Assembly (NCBI GenBank): GCA_963674705.1
Contig: OY771506.1
Coordinates: 2,496,001-2,560,000, forward strand
Direction of reading: 5' to 3'
DNA length: 64,000 nucleotides
Source of the DNA: Phycisphaeraceae bacterium
GTDB lineage: Bacteria > Planctomycetota > Phycisphaerae > Phycisphaerales > Phycisphaeraceae
Positions 28,462-38,446 of this stretch are shown here, piece after piece. Within the stretch, counting starts at the first letter, position 1; each line of letters begins with the position of its first letter. The notes beneath the pieces were generated by a model that saw only the letters and a program-made list of their open reading frames with translations, had not been told where the DNA came from and ran no database searches. Position numbers and translations under genes: made by a program.

Positions 28462-29871
28462 TCAGCCTTCCCACAGCCCCAGGATCGGCCCGGCCGGCTG
28501 GTCATCAAGGTCCACCCGGGATGGTAACCACAACACGCCCAGGTAGACCTCGTTGTTCATCTCCCAGACAAGGTTGTCGCCGTTACTGGTATTACGCCAT
28601 AGGATGTCCGCCTTCCCGTCACCCGTGTAATCCGCGATCCCCGCGACCTGCCAGGAAAGATTCTTCACACGCCTCAGCGCCGAAGCCGCCGAGAACGTTA
28701 AACCATCCATCTCCCAGACGGTGTTCCTGCCGTTGTCTGAATGACGCCAGAGGATGTCATCCTTGTTATCGCCGTTGAAGTCACCGACGCCGACCGCCTG
28801 CCACTTGAGGTTGGTCAGTTCGTTGATGAAGGTTGCTGTGACAAAGTCGGTGCCGTTCATCTCCCAGACAGCGTTTTTACCGTTACCGGTATGCCGCCAG
28901 AGGATGTCCTTGCTGCCGTCGCCGTTAAAGTCGCCGACGCCCGCGACCTGCCATGCTGTGTACGCCAGTTCTTTGAGGTAAATCGACTGAACAAAGTCTG
29001 TCCCGTCCATTTCCCAGATCGCGTTGCTGCCGTCGGAAACATTACGCAGTAGTAGATCGTTCTTGCCGTCACCCGTGAAGTCACCCGTGCCGACGACCTT
29101 CCAATCCGTATTGAAGATGCGTCGCACGTCGTGCTCAACCGTGAAGGTCGTGCCATCCATCTCCCAGACGCTATTTTCTCCACTGGCGGTGTCGTGCCAG
29201 AAGATATCCGCCTTGCCGTCGCCGGTGAAGTCGCCGTTGACCGCTTCCGATGCCGGCGGGTCCGGCGGTTCAGCCAGTTCGCCATTGCTGAACGCCATAT
29301 TAACGACTACATACTTTTCGCTGGCATTATTCAATAGTTTCAGCGACCACGTCCCGACCGCGTCATCGCTGAGTGTGATACGTCCGATTGTGATCGTGCC
29401 GGTGTCAGCACCTGTGGTGTCGAACCAACTGATATCCAGCTCTACGGTATCGAATTGATAAGCATCGCCCCCGACATCACCCGCGCCCCCGGCAATGCTC
29501 GGTGTCCCTCCGTTTGCCGAAACGTAAGTGTCATACTCCAGCGTCGGGAACGTACCAAACAACCCGGCATTCGGTGTCGTGGCGCTGCCCGCCGCGTCCT
29601 GGTAGATCGATCCATGCGTCAAGGTCAACAACAACGCCGCAGCTGTCCAGTCGCTGCCCGTTGTCACCTGCAGGTCCGCGGTCGTGTAGCCGGTCAACGC
29701 ATCCGTGTTATCCACCCACACAAACTCCGCGGTCATGCTGCCGGACAGCATCCACCTCGGCTCAAGCGCTTCAAAACCACCGCCCGCCTCTCGGCAACAG
29801 CGTGGTCGAGTCAATTCAGTTACGCAACGCTCATGCATCATGTCGTTGAACCAGGCCCCCGATCCAAACAC
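28462..29871 (-). CDS. Planctomycete extracellular protein with FG-GAP/VCBS repeats (paralog 3)
   Basis: LEPRWMLS; repeats as above; ends GPILGLWEG; start uncertain. Confidence 0.88.
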   Translation of the reverse strand: MFGSGAWFNDMMHERCVTELTRPRCCREAGGGFEALEPRWMLSGSMTAEFVWVDNTDALTGYTTADLQVTTGSDWTAAALLLTLTHGSIYQDAAGSATTPNAGLFGTFPTLEYDTYVSANGGTPSIAGGAGDVGGDAYQFDTVELDISWFDTTGADTGTITIGRITLSDDAVGTWSLKLLNNASEKYVVVNMAFSNGELAEPPDPPASEAVNGDFTGDGKADIFWHDTASGENSVWEMDGTTFTVEHDVRRIFNTDWKVVGTGDFTGDGKNDLLLRNVSDGSNAIWEMDGTDFVQSIYLKELAYTAWQVAGVGDFNGDGSKDILWRHTGNGKNAVWEMNGTDFVTATFINELTNLKWQAVGVGDFNGDNKDDILWRHSDNGRNTVWEMDGLTFSAASALRRVKNLSWQVAGIADYTGDGKADILWRNTSNGDNLVWEMNNEVYLGVLWLPSRVDLDDQPAGPILGLWEG

Positions 29872-30007
29872 AAGCCGTCCGACCCATCCATCGCTGGATG
29901 CAGTCCACCCTCAAGCATGCCCGAAGAATCCACCCTGACAAGATGCAATCGTTAGATTCCCCATGCGCTAGGTCATATCCCAAACCGCACAAGCTCTACG
30001 ATCACTA

Positions 30008-31087
30008 CTATCCGTGTATCCGTACCGGTAGCCGTCGTCGTCCCCAGTGCCCGGCCACGTCCTCGAAGACCCCGGGTATCTTCGTCCCGCATCCCGGACA
30101 GCACCCGTCCTTAAGGTCGTAGACACCAAGATCATACCAGTTCCGTTCGATCAACAACATACCGCACCCCGGGCAGTATGTGCTTTCATTCGTCGGATCG
30201 TGAACGTTCCCGACATACGCAAAACGCGCCCCCGCATCCAGCGCGATCTGCCTTGCTCTCAGCAGCGTTTCGTGCGGCGTCCTGGGCGTGTCCATCATCT
30301 TGAAGTCCGGATGAAATGCTGTGAAGTGCACCGGTACATCGGGGCCAAGTTCATTAACGATCCAATCGCACATCGCACGCAACTCGTCATCCGAATCATT
30401 CTGCCCCGGTATCACAAGTGTTGTGATCTCGAACCACACATCCGTTTGCCGCTTCAGATAAACCAATGTGTCCAATACCGGCTGAAGATGCGTCTGTGTT
30501 AGTTTTCGATAAAACGTCTCGTTGAACGCTTTGAGGTCGACGTTCGCCGCATCGATATGATCGAAGAACTCGCCCCGTGCCTCTTCGCTGATATACCCCG
30601 CCGTCACCGCCACCGTCTTCAAGCCCGCCGGCCGCGCCGCCTTCGCGATGTCGATCGCGTACTCCGCCCAGATCACCGGGTCGTTGTACGTAAACGCAAT
30701 GCTTCGGCTGCCCGTGTCCTTCGCCGCCTGCACGATCGCCTCCGGCGTCGCCAGTGATGCCAGCGTGTCCATCTCCCGGCTCTTGGAGATGTCCCAGTTC
30801 TGACAGAACTTACACCCCAGGTTGCACCCCGCCGTCCCCAGCGACAGCACCGCCGTACCAGGCAGAAAATGAGCTAACGGCTTCTTCTCGATCGGATCAA
30901 CACAGAACCCGCTGCTTCGGCCCCACGTCGTCAGTACCAGCTCGCCCCCGTGATTCGCCCGGACAAAGCAGAATCCACGCCCGCCATCCGGGATCTGACA
31001 CGCCCGCGGGCACAGCGTACACACGACCTTGCCCGTCTCCGCGTGCCTGTGCCACCACCTTGCCGGGTAATCCTGATCCGGGGACAT
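30008..31087 (-). CDS. amrS: AmmeMemoRadiSam system radical SAM enzyme
   Basis: C.LCPRAC..GFCFVR, DPIEKKPL.HF.PG, GCNLGCKFCQNW.IS, AFHPD, TYCPGC. Confidence 0.9.
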   Translation of the reverse strand: MSPDQDYPARWWHRHAETGKVVCTLCPRACQIPDGGRGFCFVRANHGGELVLTTWGRSSGFCVDPIEKKPLAHFLPGTAVLSLGTAGCNLGCKFCQNWDISKSREMDTLASLATPEAIVQAAKDTGSRSIAFTYNDPVIWAEYAIDIAKAARPAGLKTVAVTAGYISEEARGEFFDHIDAANVDLKAFNETFYRKLTQTHLQPVLDTLVYLKRQTDVWFEITTLVIPGQNDSDDELRAMCDWIVNELGPDVPVHFTAFHPDFKMMDTPRTPHETLLRARQIALDAGARFAYVGNVHDPTNESTYCPGCGMLLIERNWYDLGVYDLKDGCCPGCGTKIPGVFEDVAGHWGRRRLPVRIHG

Positions 31088-31315
31088 GACTCACCTTTCC
31101 AGCGTTCATTCGATTATATGTCCAGCAATCTACAGATAAACCGATCCGCTCAGGACTTTGGCCCGTAATACAACCTCAAGCATCGAGTAGAAAAGGCCGG
31201 TTACCGCGCCTAGTATTCTATTCACAGCCGTTCGCGGCTTATTGCATTAATTATTGTTAATACTGATTTTACGGCCAATCTCCGGCCCGGACTCATCAGA
31301 GGGAGATCAAAAGAG

Positions 31316-31591
31316 ATGCTCAAGATCGAAGACGCTTGCGACCTGAACGGCAGAGCCCTGCAGCGTGGCGACACCGTAACCACCGTAGGTGGGGGGACCA
31401 CCGGCAAGATTAAGGACATCGTAGATGACGACGGCGCACTCTTTGTCGAGCTGCGCCCCCTGCATCGAGCCTCCGGCAAGGGCGTATGGCACGCCGCCGA
31501 CCGCCTCCTGTTTCTCTCCGCCGCCAACGGGAAAAAAACCTCCTCCACGACCGATCAGAATATCCCTAAAGCCCCAAAACGCAAGAAGTAA
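31316..31591 (+). CDS. Small hypothetical protein (possible SH3/KOW-like beta barrel)
   Basis: DLNGRAL.RGDTV..G.TGKI; ATG with purine-rich upstream sequence. Confidence 0.6.
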   Translation: MLKIEDACDLNGRALQRGDTVTTVGGGTTGKIKDIVDDDGALFVELRPLHRASGKGVWHAADRLLFLSAANGKKTSSTTDQNIPKAPKRKK

Positions 31592-31757
31592 CTAACCCTT
31601 TTCGGACCGCTTGCGGTTAATACTTTAAATTTTACCTAACTTTACATTGTTATCCGGCACCTGACCCGGTAGCATATTCACTTTCAGTAATACCCACCGT
31701 CACCCTCAAGCCCGTCTATGTTGCCGGGCCCAATGATATTCACACGGTCAGGGAACC

Positions 31758-32390
31758 ATGCGATCCAGCTACAGCTCAACCCGACCCAGACGACCACTCA
31801 GCCTCGGTGAAGTGGGTCTGTTCGCGTTCTTGCTGCTACTCGTCTTTGGCTTCGGCCTCTACCGCCCGATCGGTCACGCCGCCAACTCCTCGCACCAGCC
31901 CGGCCTGGCGCTGATGAATATCGATACCTCCGATCAACCGGTTGCTTCGCGCACTGCTCAACCACTGCCCACACCGCCCGCAACCATCGCCAACAACCTG
32001 CCCGCAACCGACGAAGCGACGACCGAATCCCAGGAAGAAGTTTTCACCTTCGACGGCAGGCCGCTTCGCAAAGTCAAACAACTCACCATGCTCACCACCG
32101 CCTACAGCCCGGACGAACGCTCCTGCGGCAAGTGGGCCGACGGCTTCACCGCTAGCGGGTACAGCGTCTGGACCAACGGCATGAAACTCGTCGCCGCCGA
32201 CACTCGCATCCTCCCCTTCGGCACACTCGTCAGCATCCCCGGCTACAACGGCGGCAAACCCGTCCCCGTCCTCGACCGCGGCGGTAAGATCAAAGGCAAC
32301 CGCCTCGACCTGCTATACCCCACCCACGAGTCCGCCTTGAAGTGGGGCGCCCAACGCCTCACCGTCGACGTCTGGGAATACGCAGACTGA
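31758..32390 (+). CDS. 3D-domain protein (peptidoglycan lytic-like)
   Basis: N-terminal TM; TAYS, DG.TASG, VAADT, DRGG.IKGNRLDL. Confidence 0.88.
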   Translation: MRSSYSSTRPRRPLSLGEVGLFAFLLLLVFGFGLYRPIGHAANSSHQPGLALMNIDTSDQPVASRTAQPLPTPPATIANNLPATDEATTESQEEVFTFDGRPLRKVKQLTMLTTAYSPDERSCGKWADGFTASGYSVWTNGMKLVAADTRILPFGTLVSIPGYNGGKPVPVLDRGGKIKGNRLDLLYPTHESALKWGAQRLTVDVWEYAD

Positions 32391-32470
32391 TCCCACGCAA
32401 CCTGCTCTGTTTTCATCTTCTTTATTAGCCGCATTGCAACGCAATGCGGGCACTCGTTTCTTACGCACAT

Positions 32471-32518
32471 CCCCTCTCCCCGCGGCAGCCCCCGGATGAG
32501 TGCAAGGGGGAGGGCCGG
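32471..32518. repeat. Degenerate REP-like palindrome
   Basis: cccctctccc..gggggagggccgg. Confidence 0.55.
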
Positions 32519-32668
32519 ATTGCTTACGCATCCAATCACACCTCGCACGCACAATCTCCCACGCAACATCGTTCGCCAATTCCCAACATACCACTTCTAT
32601 TCCTCCCCCCAACCAGCTATCATGCACCCAACGTTTCCGGCCCCGTCAATGTTGTCACTATTTGATTC

Positions 32669-33604
32669 ATGATGTCACCATTAATTGCCTTATCCACGAC
32701 GCTCGCACAATTCAATCAACAGCCGTTCCAGCAACCGCAGTTCGAGCCGATGCACCTGGTGGTCCAGTTGCTGCTGCTGTTGTTGATGGGCGCGATCTTC
32801 GTCTTCTCCATCGTCGTCATCTGCTACAACGGCCGGGCTATCAAGCGAGTGTGGCGCATCGGCCTGCTGTTCGCTTCTGTCATCTTCCTGCTCAATACCT
32901 GCTCGACGATTATCAATCTCTACTTCATGGACATCCAAAGCCTGCCCGGCGTCGGCCAGGCAGACGGCGACCTGGCGCAGGCCGTCTTCTACACCATCAT
33001 GATCTGCGCCGTTGCCGCGGTTCTGTTTATTCAGTTCGCCTGGTACACGCTCGTTTTTACCGCAAGCTTCGGCGAATGGACAAAAGCAGGCTTGCCCGGC
33101 TTTGCCGTACTCATCCCGCGTAAACGCAATATCAAAACCGGCGTCCGCATCGGCGCTATCTTCGGCATCCTCGCCGGCGTCGTCAGCACCGTCATCTTCA
33201 TCTGGCTCAACATCGGCATCGGCCCTATGCTCGCCGAGTTTGAATCGCTGCTCATCAAGATCGAACAACTGCCCTTGCTCTACCGATTGATCGTCTACAG
33301 CATCCTCGTCGTCGGCCCGGCCATCACCGAGGAACTCACCTTCCGCGGCCTCATGCTCGGCTTCTTCATGCGGGTATGTAATAACAACAAACTTCAGATC
33401 GCGTGCGCCTACTTCATCGTCTCCATGCTCTGGGCGTTACTGCACATCCCCAACACCGACATGCCGATCGTCAAGGTCTCGCAGATCTTCCTGATCGGCC
33501 TGGTCCTCTGCGAACTCGCCCGCCGCTTCAGCCTCGAATCCGCCATCGCCGGCCACATCCTGCTCAATCTCTCCGCCGTCGTCTGCTCCGTCTTCTATGA
33601 ATAG
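32669..33604 (+). CDS. CPBP/Abi family intramembrane metalloprotease
   Basis: GPAITEELTFRG, WALLH, AIAGH..LN. Confidence 0.88.
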   Translation: MMSPLIALSTTLAQFNQQPFQQPQFEPMHLVVQLLLLLLMGAIFVFSIVVICYNGRAIKRVWRIGLLFASVIFLLNTCSTIINLYFMDIQSLPGVGQADGDLAQAVFYTIMICAVAAVLFIQFAWYTLVFTASFGEWTKAGLPGFAVLIPRKRNIKTGVRIGAIFGILAGVVSTVIFIWLNIGIGPMLAEFESLLIKIEQLPLLYRLIVYSILVVGPAITEELTFRGLMLGFFMRVCNNNKLQIACAYFIVSMLWALLHIPNTDMPIVKVSQIFLIGLVLCELARRFSLESAIAGHILLNLSAVVCSVFYE

Positions 33605-33712
33605 CACGCCACATTCAGTCCCCAGCTTGCCGGGGGAAACCGAACATTTACTCAAGATCCACGTGTGTTTTTCAAAATCTCCCACAAGCACAATAATCCA
33701 GGTGAGTCACAA

Positions 33713-35122
33713 ATGAAACCATCACGATTCATCATTTATTGTCTGTTCACAAGCCTCATCATTTCAACACCCATCTTTGCCGAACAGACTGATCCCATCT
33801 CACCCAAGGAAGACGGATACCGTGGCATCTGGTTCACGCTCGGTCAACAAAGTGAAGCGTATGGCGACAAGTACGCCGGCGGGCTCGGGACCTACACCGC
33901 CAAGCACATCCCGATCGCTGTTTATGCACCCCGCGCAAACAAGACGTTCTTCGTCTACGGCGGAACCATCAAAGACAAGCAACACCTGCTGATCATGGCA
34001 GGCTACTACGATCACGAACAAGGGGTCGTGCCGCGCCCTACCATCGTTCATGACAAGCAAGGCGTTAAAGACCCGCACGATAACGCCAGCCTCTGCCTGG
34101 ACGATCAAGGTTATATATGGGTCTTTGTCAGCGGGCGCGGCCGGGCAAGACCGGGTTTCAAGTACCGCAGCAACGTGCCATTCAGCATCGATAAGTTCGA
34201 CCTGATCTCTACCGAAGAATTAACCTACCCTCAGCCCTGGTACGTTTCAGGCTCAGGATTCCTGCACCTGTTTACCAAGTACACCAAGGGTAGAGAACTC
34301 TACTGGGAAACCAGTGCGGACGGCGAGTCCTGGTCTGATGACAACAAACTCGCCGGTTTCGGCGGACACTACCAGTCAAGCCGGCAACGTGGTAACCGCA
34401 TCGTGACCGCGTTCAACTACCACCCCAATGGTCAAGTCGATAAACGCACTAACCTCTACTTTCTTCAGACCGAAGACTTCGGCAAAACCTGGACTACCAT
34501 CGAAGGCAAACCCGTAACCACCCCTTTGAATGCAGTTGATAATCCTGCGCTGGTTCGCGATTACGCTGCCGAGGATCTGCTCGTATATATGAAAGACGTC
34601 AACTTCGATGCCGACGGCAACCCCGTCATCCTTTACATCACCAGCCGCAAACACACACCGGGCCCGGAAGGGGACCCACGCTATTGGACCATCGCACACT
34701 GGAACGGATCGCATTGGCAATACAACAGGATCACACGGTCCGACCACAACTACGACATGGGCTCGCTTTACATCGAAGATGATGGCAGTTGGCGCGTGAT
34801 CGGTCCGACCGAAGACGGCCCGCAGGTATACGGCACGGGCGGTGAGATGGCGCTATGGATAAGTGAAGATCAGGGGCAAACCTGGCGAATGGAAAAACGC
34901 ATCACTTCCAACAGCCGCTTCAACCACAGCTACGCGCGACGCCCCGTCTCGGTTCATCCCGACTTCTACGCGCTCTGGGCCGACGGCGACGCGTTTAATC
35001 TGTCTGAATCAAGACTCTACTTCACCAACCGCACCGGTGATGAAGTGTTTATCCTCCCACCGACTATGTCCCATCCCTTCGAGAAACCGATTCCATACCC
35101 GCAACACGCTGAGCAGCAATAA
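33713..35122 (+). CDS. Secreted BNR-repeat (BNR_4-like) protein
   Basis: Signal peptide; DPHDN, Asp-boxes S.DG.SW, T.DFGKTW, SEDQGQTW. Confidence 0.8.
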   Translation: MKPSRFIIYCLFTSLIISTPIFAEQTDPISPKEDGYRGIWFTLGQQSEAYGDKYAGGLGTYTAKHIPIAVYAPRANKTFFVYGGTIKDKQHLLIMAGYYDHEQGVVPRPTIVHDKQGVKDPHDNASLCLDDQGYIWVFVSGRGRARPGFKYRSNVPFSIDKFDLISTEELTYPQPWYVSGSGFLHLFTKYTKGRELYWETSADGESWSDDNKLAGFGGHYQSSRQRGNRIVTAFNYHPNGQVDKRTNLYFLQTEDFGKTWTTIEGKPVTTPLNAVDNPALVRDYAAEDLLVYMKDVNFDADGNPVILYITSRKHTPGPEGDPRYWTIAHWNGSHWQYNRITRSDHNYDMGSLYIEDDGSWRVIGPTEDGPQVYGTGGEMALWISEDQGQTWRMEKRITSNSRFNHSYARRPVSVHPDFYALWADGDAFNLSESRLYFTNRTGDEVFILPPTMSHPFEKPIPYPQHAEQQ

Positions 35123-35391
35123 GTGCCATCGGATTGGATAACAAACCCTTCAACACACAGCCTCAGGGTTCTCAAACCATCCGGTTGATCTCACCGCATC
35201 GCTAGTATTTTCGGCTTCAAAACCCACCTCACGCCCTTTCAGGCCCGATTATCTCTGTATTCGCCTCGATCAACCCGCTCGTATTGACCCCCCCTTCATT
35301 TGACGGCCTATACTTAACAAGACATGATGGTCCACTTTTAAAATCGTGAACGATACAACTTTACATATACACGGCGGGAAATGAGTACCAC

Positions 35392-37197
35392 TTGCAAAAC
35401 ACAACAGCCAACAGCAGGCGACACGGCCTGTCACTGCCCGTTCAGCAACGGCCCGCCAACGTGCATGCCGCGAACGCGCAAGACATCACGCCACACCCGT
35501 TAGGCAACAAGGCGCGCGTCCTGCTTACCAGCGTCTTCGGCCCTTACGCACAAGACGATGAGTTCGGCAGCCGATCCATCAACCCGATGGAGTTGTACCA
35601 CAACCAGGTCACACGCACGCAAGGCCCGTTTTCGCTGCGCATGTTCCACCGTTCGTGGGGGCTCATGCTCCTGCAAGCCAACATCACCGCGCCCTGCACG
35701 CTGCTCGACTTCCCCACACGCGACCGCTTCGTCGAAGAACTCAGCCAGAACCAATACGATGTCATCGGCATCACCGCGATCATGCCCAACGTCGGCAAGG
35801 TCATCCACATGTGCCGGCTGATCCGCGCTTATCAACCGCAGGCCACCATCCTCATCGGCGGGCACATCGCCAACATGCCTACCCTCGCCGACAAGGTTGA
35901 TGCCGACCACATCGTCCGTGGCGAGGGCGTACGCTGGCTGCGACGCTTCCTGGGTGAACGTGAAGATCAGCCGATCCATCACCCGCACATCCTCTCCGGC
36001 ATCGGTGCGCGGACCATGGGCATCACGCTCCGTGACAAGCCCGGCGACGTCGCCGCGACGGTCATCCCTTCCGTCGGATGCCCCGTCGGCTGCAACTTCT
36101 GCTCCACCAGCGCGATGTTCGGCGGCAAAGGCAGGTTCATCAACTTCTTCGAAACAGGTGATGAACTCTTCGAAGTCATGCAGGACCTCGAACAGAACCT
36201 CAAAATCAATTCGTTCTTCGTCATGGATGAGAACTTCCTGCTGCACCGCAAGCGCGCACTGCGCCTGCTCGAACTGATGGTACAACACGACAAAGCCTGG
36301 TCGCTCTACGTCTTCTCGTCCGCTAACGTTCTCAAGTCCTACAAGATCGAGCAACTCGTCGGCCTCGGGATCTCATGGGTATGGATGGGTCTGGAAGGCA
36401 AGCAAAGCCAGTACGCAAAACTCAGCGGAGCAAACACGATCGAGCTTGTCAAAACCCTGCAATCCCACGGCATCCGCGTCCTCGGCTCCACCATCATCGG
36501 ACTCGAAGAACACACGCCTGACAACCTAGATACCGCGATCGATTACGCCGTCCGCCACGACACCGAGTTCCACCAGTTCATGCTCTATACGCCGATCCCC
36601 GGCACCGCGCTGTGGGAACAGATGAAACAAAGCGGCAGCCTCACCGACCCCGACTGCCACGAAGCCGCCGACGCGCACGGCCAGCTCAAGTTCAACTATC
36701 ATCACCCGCACCTCAAAGACGGCATCGAAACCCAAGCCATCATCAACGCGTTCGACCGTGACTTCGAAGTCAACGGCCCAAGCATCGTCCGCGTCATCCG
36801 CACCACGCTTGCCGGCTACAAACGCTACCGAAAACACGAAGACCCTCGCATCCGCAAACGCTATGCACAAGAAGCCAACGAACTGCCCACCACCCAGGCC
36901 GCCGCGCTCTGGGCTGCAAGAAAGTTCTACCGCAAAAATCCCGCGATACGCCAGCGCATCAACGCCGTCCTAAAAGACCTCTACCAAACCTTCGGCCTAA
37001 AGGCCCGCCTCGCCGCACCCCTCGCAGGACGATACGTCTACAACAAAATCAAGGATGAACAAGCCCGCCTCAAACTCGGCTGGACCTACGAACCGCCCAC
37101 CTTCTACGAACTCGCCCACCAACCCGACCCGACAACAAACAACACCAAAGCCACCACCCCCGCCTGGCTACAACTCACCGCCCCCAGCGCAACATAA
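35392..37197 (+). CDS. B12-binding-domain radical SAM protein
   Basis: YDVIGIT..GGH..GEG N-domain; GCPVGCNFC; MDENF; TPIPGT. Confidence 0.85.
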   Translation: MQNTTANSRRHGLSLPVQQRPANVHAANAQDITPHPLGNKARVLLTSVFGPYAQDDEFGSRSINPMELYHNQVTRTQGPFSLRMFHRSWGLMLLQANITAPCTLLDFPTRDRFVEELSQNQYDVIGITAIMPNVGKVIHMCRLIRAYQPQATILIGGHIANMPTLADKVDADHIVRGEGVRWLRRFLGEREDQPIHHPHILSGIGARTMGITLRDKPGDVAATVIPSVGCPVGCNFCSTSAMFGGKGRFINFFETGDELFEVMQDLEQNLKINSFFVMDENFLLHRKRALRLLELMVQHDKAWSLYVFSSANVLKSYKIEQLVGLGISWVWMGLEGKQSQYAKLSGANTIELVKTLQSHGIRVLGSTIIGLEEHTPDNLDTAIDYAVRHDTEFHQFMLYTPIPGTALWEQMKQSGSLTDPDCHEAADAHGQLKFNYHHPHLKDGIETQAIINAFDRDFEVNGPSIVRVIRTTLAGYKRYRKHEDPRIRKRYAQEANELPTTQAAALWAARKFYRKNPAIRQRINAVLKDLYQTFGLKARLAAPLAGRYVYNKIKDEQARLKLGWTYEPPTFYELAHQPDPTTNNTKATTPAWLQLTAPSAT

Positions 37198-37313
37198 CCA
37201 CGCACCCACATTAACCTTAAAAGCCCGATCATAGCCCAAAGGGCTGTGGTCGGGGTGCTGTATAGCTTCCTCAAACCTCCCCCGTAGGTCCGGGCCCGCC
37301 CGGACAATCATGA

Positions 37314-37571
37314 CTAGCTTTTCTTTCTATTAATCTCATATTCATGTACCGCGGTCTGTAGCCATTGTTCGCAATCTAGCTCTTTAGCTCTTTCTACCAA
37401 CCGATTGTAAACCTGATCGGCTGGAAACTTGGTAAGGGCACTCGGTACATTGTGCAGCAAATGGCTGATCTTGCTTATTGCATCAAAATGCGCCCTTTTT
37501 CTCGCGGCATTGCGGATGTCCAGCAAACCTCTACCGAGAATGTAAAGGACTTTCTTTTTATCTTCAGTCAT
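37314..37571 (-). CDS. AT-rich hypothetical protein
   Basis: ORF with composition unlike its neighbours; no motif recognised. Confidence 0.5.
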   Translation of the reverse strand: MTEDKKKVLYILGRGLLDIRNAARKRAHFDAISKISHLLHNVPSALTKFPADQVYNRLVERAKELDCEQWLQTAVHEYEINRKKS

Positions 37572-37693
37572 ATGAATGCTCGCCAGGATTTGATTGGTGG
37601 ATAGAACCACAAGAGAAGTGTCATAAAAGGTGCCAGAAGTCTACAGCCACACCGACTCTTGGCCCCTTATTCTGAGTGTGTGTCGACACGCCA

Positions 37694-38329
37694 TCACACC
37701 GGCGGAGCGACGTGTTCGATCAGGTCGTCCAGGAGTTCTTCGAGTCCGCCTTCGAGGACGCCGAGGCGGCCGGCGATGGAGATCATGGCCAGGCCGTGCA
37801 GGGCGATCCAGAACCGGCCGGCGCTGGCGCGGGCGGCGCGGTCGAGGTCGATGGGCGGATCGGCGCTGTCGTGCATGCGGCTGCGGACTTTGTCGAAGAG
37901 GTTCTGGAATCCGCCGTGCAGCAGGTCGTGGTCTTCGGCGGCCATGAACTGATCAAACATCAACTTATAAAGATTCGGGTTCTCCAGCGCGAAGTTCAGA
38001 TAAGCTCGGGCGCCGCCGCGCCAGCACTTGCGGGGGCTATCGGGGTCGGTGGTGTCCAGGGTGGAATTGGCATCACAGCCGGTGTGCAGAAGCTGGAAAC
38101 CGCGGCGGACCATCTCGCGGTGCAGGCCGCTCTTGCCGTTGACGTAGGTGTAGAGCGTCATGGCTCCGATACCCAACTGCTCGGCGACGGCCCGCATGGT
38201 CACGGCGTTCAAACCCTTTTTGTGTAAGAGCTTAAGTGCGGCATCCGTGATCAGGTCACGTCGTTGATCACGGCTGGCTTGTTGCCAACGGCGGTTTTCC
38301 GATTGGGCGGTGTTGTTGGGTTTGGGCAT
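37694..38329 (-). CDS. TetR/AcrR family regulator (WHG-type C-terminal domain)
   Basis: TMRAVAEQLGIGAMTLYTY HTH; YLNFALENPNLYKLMF; WIALHG. Confidence 0.92.
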   Translation of the reverse strand: MPKPNNTAQSENRRWQQASRDQRRDLITDAALKLLHKKGLNAVTMRAVAEQLGIGAMTLYTYVNGKSGLHREMVRRGFQLLHTGCDANSTLDTTDPDSPRKCWRGGARAYLNFALENPNLYKLMFDQFMAAEDHDLLHGGFQNLFDKVRSRMHDSADPPIDLDRAARASAGRFWIALHGLAMISIAGRLGVLEGGLEELLDDLIEHVAPPV

Positions 38330-38357
38330 GATGCGGTTAATAACGGACGAATTCGGC

Positions 38358-38410
38358 TTGACCCGATCTTGCGGGTGTATTAGACTTCCACGATATCGTA
38401 CGATGTACGA
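38358..38410 (+). promoter_or_regulatory. sigma70-type promoter plus putative TetR operator for the RND operon
   Basis: TTGACC-N17-TAGACT (38358-38386) followed by the palindrome TCGTAC-gat-GTACGA (38396-38410). Confidence 0.65.
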
Positions 38411-38446
38411 ACACGCAACCCGCAAACCCCAGAATTTTAGCTGAAT

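Noticed and set aside
25400..29240. Regularly spaced ~150-nt DNA repeats as a CRISPR array or DGR template/variable repeat
   Set aside because: They are coding FG-GAP repeats with synonymous-type variation; no cas or reverse transcriptase gene and no adenine-specific pattern seen
35130..35390. Cobalamin riboswitch before the B12-radical SAM genes, or SAM riboswitch before metF
   Set aside because: No B12-box or S-box consensus visible; the metF upstream region is only a few tens of nt
35381..35503. 40-aa Cys-containing ORF (MSTTCKTQ..CHCPF..) overlapping the radical SAM start, as a possible RiPP precursor
   Set aside because: It overlaps the plausible N-terminus of the enzyme out of frame, with no leader motif, transporter or peptidase context; likely a shadow ORF
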